The notes beneath the pieces were generated by a model. It was not told the origin of the DNA. It saw only the letters and a list, made by a program, of their open reading frames with translations, and made no database searches. Below are positions 59,834-64,000 of a DNA stretch of 64,000 nt, in pieces. Source of the stretch: Paraspadella gotoi (Eukaryota > Animalia > Chaetognatha); NCBI GenBank assembly GCA_051294375.1, contig CM119267.1, forward strand, positions 18,555,972 to 18,619,971, written 5' to 3'. The position numbers and the translations under genes were made by a program. Position 1 is the stretch's first letter. Each line of letters opens with the position of its first letter.

Positions 59834-60090
59834 GACTCGGTGGCTCATTGAGTAAAGCCGGCAGCTCGATGACCAATAGGTACCGGGTTCAATCCCAACC
59901 CGGTATCTACCCTGCGTGAAGCCTGAGGACGGCCGTAAGCGGCCTTGGGGGCATGGGAAACCCTCAAGCCTGGTTCCAAGCCCAGGGACCCGTTCCATGG
60001 CTGCTAGAGGGGGTTATAGAAGTTACGGACAGTCATCTTCCGCCCACGTAGCGCCTTATCCACACATCTTGCATTTACATTTAATAAAAA
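59834..60090 (+). mobile_element. tRNA-derived SINE-like element with a twister-like module
   Basis: A-box-like TGGCTCATTGAG (59841), B-box GGTTCAATCC (59886), CCTGG-TTCCAAGC-CCAGG (59969-59986), GAGGG (60007-60011) and a catttacatttaataaaaaa tail. Confidence 0.6.
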
Positions 60091-60138
60091 AAGACAAAGA
60101 AGCATAATTAATTAGTGAAACAGGTTTTGTTTTTTTTA

Positions 60139-60352
60139 TTTAAACTCATTTCCACTCAAACGATTCCATCGAAACTTGATTTCCAGCTTAATCACACACT
60201 TTCCTACCCACATACAAAATTTCAGGTCAATTGCCCCATCCACTTATGAGTAATTGGTGTTCAAATAATGAAATTTTTTTTTTCTATTTAAACTCATTTC
60301 CACTCGGACGATTCCATCGAAACTTCATATCCAGCTCAATCACACACTACCC
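60139..60352. repeat. Imperfect direct repeat (~65 bp unit, ~148-bp period)
   Basis: tttaaactcatttccactc..acgattccatcgaaactt..ccagct.aatcacacact occurs at 60139 and 60287. Confidence 0.8.
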
Positions 60353-60933
60353 TATATACCTTCTTGTCTTATCACGAGAAAAATACCTTCCTCCAAAACT
60401 TTGAATGATTAAGACCCGACTGGAACTAAATCGAACGACGCGTCTCGTCATCGTTCGCGCGTTCGCCCGTTCGCGCGTTCTCGACGTTTCGCGCGCGCGG
60501 ATTTTCGAACGCGATCTTCAGCTCTCTCCTTGGTTTCCATTATTTGGTTGAATTTTCCATTAGCTCTCTGTCTCTCTCTTTTTTTTCCTTTTGGTTCTCT
60601 TCGTTCTTTTTTTTTTTTTNNNNNNNNNNNNNNNNNNNNNNNNNAATCTCTCATTCTATTTTAGCTCGGTGGAAACGGATACGGTGACAACGAAACCCAG
60701 GGATGAAATGAGACCGGGAGGGGGGAAATATAAACAGAAAAAAAAATATGAAAAGTTTTCCGATTTTTTTTTAACTCGCGAAATTAATTTCGTCTCCTTT
60801 TGCTTTTTTTTTTTTAATAATCCTATAAATTTTGAAAGGTTTTCAATTTCATCCGTCGACGTTTGAAAAATTTTCAAAGACAAAAGATTTAAATTGCCTT
60901 GTCGGACAATATTTTTTATCGACCAAATATTTT

Positions 60934-62717
60934 TCAGGTTGAAAAAAATTATTTATTGTTTCGAACAACGAGACAAAGTTTAGCCGTTTGCACGTACAAA
61001 TATTTACTATAAAGGCGCGTGATCTTTTCTCAGAAGGAAAAGCTCACTCACTTTTTCACCAAGAACAAAAAATTATTACTTCCTAAGCTTGTCTACAATT
61101 TTCGATACAACATGAGGGTTTTTCTTTAGTATTCTTTTTACTTTACTTTTTTACTTTACTTTACTTTACATTGTTTTCGCGTTAGAACTGGTAAGCGAGA
61201 AAAAAGTCAAACAAAGCGGATAAAAGTAAAGATAATGAGCGAATTGTTTGAAATTTAATGGAGCCATTCCACTTTTTCTCATCAGTGGAAACGTCTTCTC
61301 CACGCCCACTCGAGTTTGAACTACGACGCCGCATTTTTCGCCAACGAACGATCTATCCCCCGGTAGGGGTGACGCCGCGCCACGACGTCACGTGACCGGA
61401 AGTGAAAGACGACGCCGTTTATCGTTGGGACTCGACGAAAGGGCGTCGCCGGCGCCATAGTCGAGCACCGGACCGACGCGCTGACCGGTCGTAATTCAAC
61501 GCTAGTTTTCCGTCTTCATTATCGTGCACATTGCGTCGTCGTGTCTCGTCGTCGTCGTGTCATCGTCGTCAACGTCAACACCACACATCGCCAATGCATC
61601 GGCGCCCACCAGCCTCTCCACCCGCGTCCTTCCTCGCGGCGCTGGCGCTGGATCTTTTCCTCGACGGCGCCGGCGCCGCCAAAATACATCAGCGCCAAGT
61701 CCGGACGGCTACGCCGAATGGACCGGCATCCTCATCGGCCGCGGAAAAAATCGGCCCCGGAAGCTCTAAGGCGGGCTTGTCAATTGTGATGACTGCTCGG
61801 TAAGGGTTGTCAAGACGAGCGAAAAGCATAATGTCCTTAACTCCGAGGTTCATAGGAGTTCCCTTATAGTTCTTTGAGGACCATTAGATTCCCCAAAGGG
61901 GGGGGAAACGGGTTTCAGACAGAATCTCTGGGTCAGTCTTCTTCGAAATTACAGACTTCGTTAAGACTTTCATTTCAAGCAATGTGATAAGAAGAGGGGA
62001 AGGTCTTTAAAAGGTGGCAGGAAACGAAGATACTGGGTCGCATGGGCAACGACAACGGCTTGTCGCCTATTTGAAACACTTTCAACAAAAGGCTCCTGTC
62101 CCCACAGGAAGAACCACTTTCGCTCATTTCGTCTTCGACTTTTTGAGGGAAATCTTTGAGCCGTTTTGGAGATTGGCTTCCCTTGAAGCCATTCCTTTCT
62201 CAAGTGGACCAAGAAAAGCTTGGTAAAGTCTGAAGCCGTAGCGGCGAGAATAGTTGGTCTGCAAGCAAGAGTAGAGCGGACATTGACTGACGTCGGGGAT
62301 ATCGAAAAATAAGTAATTTCTCGGGCGCCAATGTAGGGGATTAAATAGCTGAGCGGTTTGTATTTCTCCTTTTCTTGTGATACGGTTCATCGCAAGGATT
62401 TGTCTGAGTAGATTGTCAATTAAGAGATGAATCCGAGTTTCGCGAAATGACTGACCACTCTTCATGATCGCTCGCCAAACAATCCTTCCGAAAATATCCT
62501 TGCCGTCTTCGTGCGACCCGATCGATCGGACTTTCCCAAAAAGAGTAAAGACCAGTCAGGTTGAAAAAAATTATTTATTGTTTCGAACAACGAGACAAAG
62601 TTTAGCCGTTTGCACGTACAAATATTTACTATAAAGCGCGTGATCTTTTCTCAGAAGGAAAAGCTCACTCACTTTTTCACCAAGAACAAAAAATTATTAC
62701 TTCCTAAGCTTGTCTAC
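60934..62717 (+). repeat. 163/162-bp direct repeat (60934-61096 and 62556-62717) containing a TATA-like box
   Basis: The copies are identical except for one G; the second runs into the N-gap at 62718. Confidence 0.9.
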
Positions 62718-62742
62718 NNNNNNNNNNNNNNNNNNNNNNNNN

Positions 62743-64000
62743 TTCAACGTCATCGCTTTAATATTTTCTTCTCCGAAAGATTAAGTCCCTCGACTGGCGA
62801 AAACAAATAATCCTTCCGTCGACGAAATGCTTCTCACAGCTTGTAATCAGCTGGCATTTTATTTTGATTGGCTTGATATTTTACGTATTTAGTATGTCGC
62901 TCAGACCTTAATCACTACCGCTCTATCATATCTACTTCCAACTAAAGACGTCGAAGGATTTCGTTGTTTGAGGCACATTGCCTCCAGGGTTTTCCTTATA
63001 GGTGATTCCGTTACCGAATGCTCATCAACGCGAAGAAAAGCCACATACACAAAGGTAGATTATACATTTATTTTCATACGGGGAGTAGTAAAAAGAAGTC
63101 CAACTGTGTTTAGCGTTCGAGGTAAACTTTTTTTTTCAATAAAATGGCCGGTTATTTGGGTTTTTTCTTTCCGTAACATATTATATACTTCTATATTATA
63201 ATTATTATCATTTCTATTATAACTAAGACTGATTTGTAATAAAGTACGGTATAACTGTACGTAATCCTAGTATTTTTTCTCTTTTGGCTGATAAGGAATT
63301 TTTCAAAAAGTAAACAATTTTTATAGAAAATTATTTGCATTTTAAAAGTAAAAAAATAACTGTAGTTGTTAACTGTAATTATAATTAACTGCAATTTAAA
63401 TTCTTGTTTTGGATGCTTACTTTCTGACTTGGTTTTCTTTTGATTATTATATTTTCAGACATATTTATAAAAAAAATAATTTTTTTAAGTAGTAACCATT
63501 GAACATTTGACATCTAAAAAAACTTTATCATTGCATGAATTAAAGTTGATTTATGTAAGTACAATTATTTTCAAGACTTAGTATTCTAAATCAGTAAAAC
63601 TGCAATTGTTAAAATCCATCAGAAAAATCCTTACAAAAATGATGATATCTTCCAGCACCAACAATATAGTGATTGAATAGTAATAGCATATGATTAATCA
63701 GTGATGTAGTGCATATACCAAAACCAGCCTTTTCTAAAATGGTGGAAATTAATAGACTAACAAAAAAATAGCAACATCATGACAGATGAATGAAAATTGT
63801 TATGTTCGCAGCAAAAAAAATTAAGCTGACCAAATAAAAAGATTTATTAAAAACGAATTTTTAATTTATGTTGTGATTCAGCGGGAACAACAAAAGAACA
63901 TTCAACCCCATACTGCGACGTTTTTAAGTTTTTCGAATTTCCGTTTAAGGCGAACAACTCGTATCATACTCGGTTATTTCTTCCACTAACGATTTTTTTC
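62743..64000. repeat. Indel-rich duplicate of 54374-55621, including the 3' end of the bZIP gene; likely a haplotig or noisy read
   Basis: Colinear from ttcaacgtcatcgctttaat onward; starts right after an N-gap and differs mostly by 1-bp indels. Confidence 0.9.

Noticed and set aside
59834-59907. Functional tRNA gene
   Set aside because: A and B boxes are present, but the anticodon and acceptor stems do not pair; treated as a SINE head.
59922-59962. Hammerhead ribozyme (CTGAGGA plus GGCCG-TAAG-CGGCC stem)
   Set aside because: The required GAAA does not follow stem II; the CTGATGA at ~29735 also fails.
60934-62717. LTR retrotransposon bounded by the 163-bp repeats
   Set aside because: No TG..CA ends, PBS, PPT or gag/pol motifs, and the second repeat is cut by a gap.
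62743-64000. A real second bZIP paralog or pseudogene
   Set aside because: It starts at an N-gap and differs almost only by 1-bp indels, typical of unpolished long-read or haplotig sequence.

Overview
AT-rich, microsatellite-dense animal (invertebrate-like) genomic DNA with short introns and GC-rich exons. It is a draft assembly with N-gaps and indel-rich duplicated blocks, and most of the ORF track is microsatellite noise. All gene models below were built by hand from splice sites and phase continuity. Left to right: (1) last exon of a KLF6/7 zinc-finger gene (376-731); (2) a full-length 5.2-kb DIRS1-like tyrosine-recombinase retrotransposon (6800-12007) with ITRs, frameshifted gag/RT/RNase H/methyltransferase/YR and a perfect internal complementary region (ICR) located near the 5' end inside an intron-like stretch, plus the right end of a second copy at a gap (14815-14850); (3) two tandem 10-exon divergent rhodopsin-type GPCRs lacking DRY (20353-22278, 22716-25276); (4) a type I membrane protein with ZP-N-like and SEA modules (26623-30592); (5) a minus-strand type II coiled-coil membrane-protein gene (31703-39400, possibly extending to poly-Q exons at 50888) with a densely structured RNA candidate in one intron; (6) a bZIP gene mixing Maf and CNC features (55502-57773); (7) two tRNA-headed SINE-like elements carrying twister-ribozyme-like modules in different circular permutations; (8) MITEs, LINE remnants and probable haplotype or assembly duplications. 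The best leads are the 5'/intronic-ICR DIRS, the twister-like SINEs, the structured intronic RNA, the GPCR pair and the ZP-N+SEA protein.
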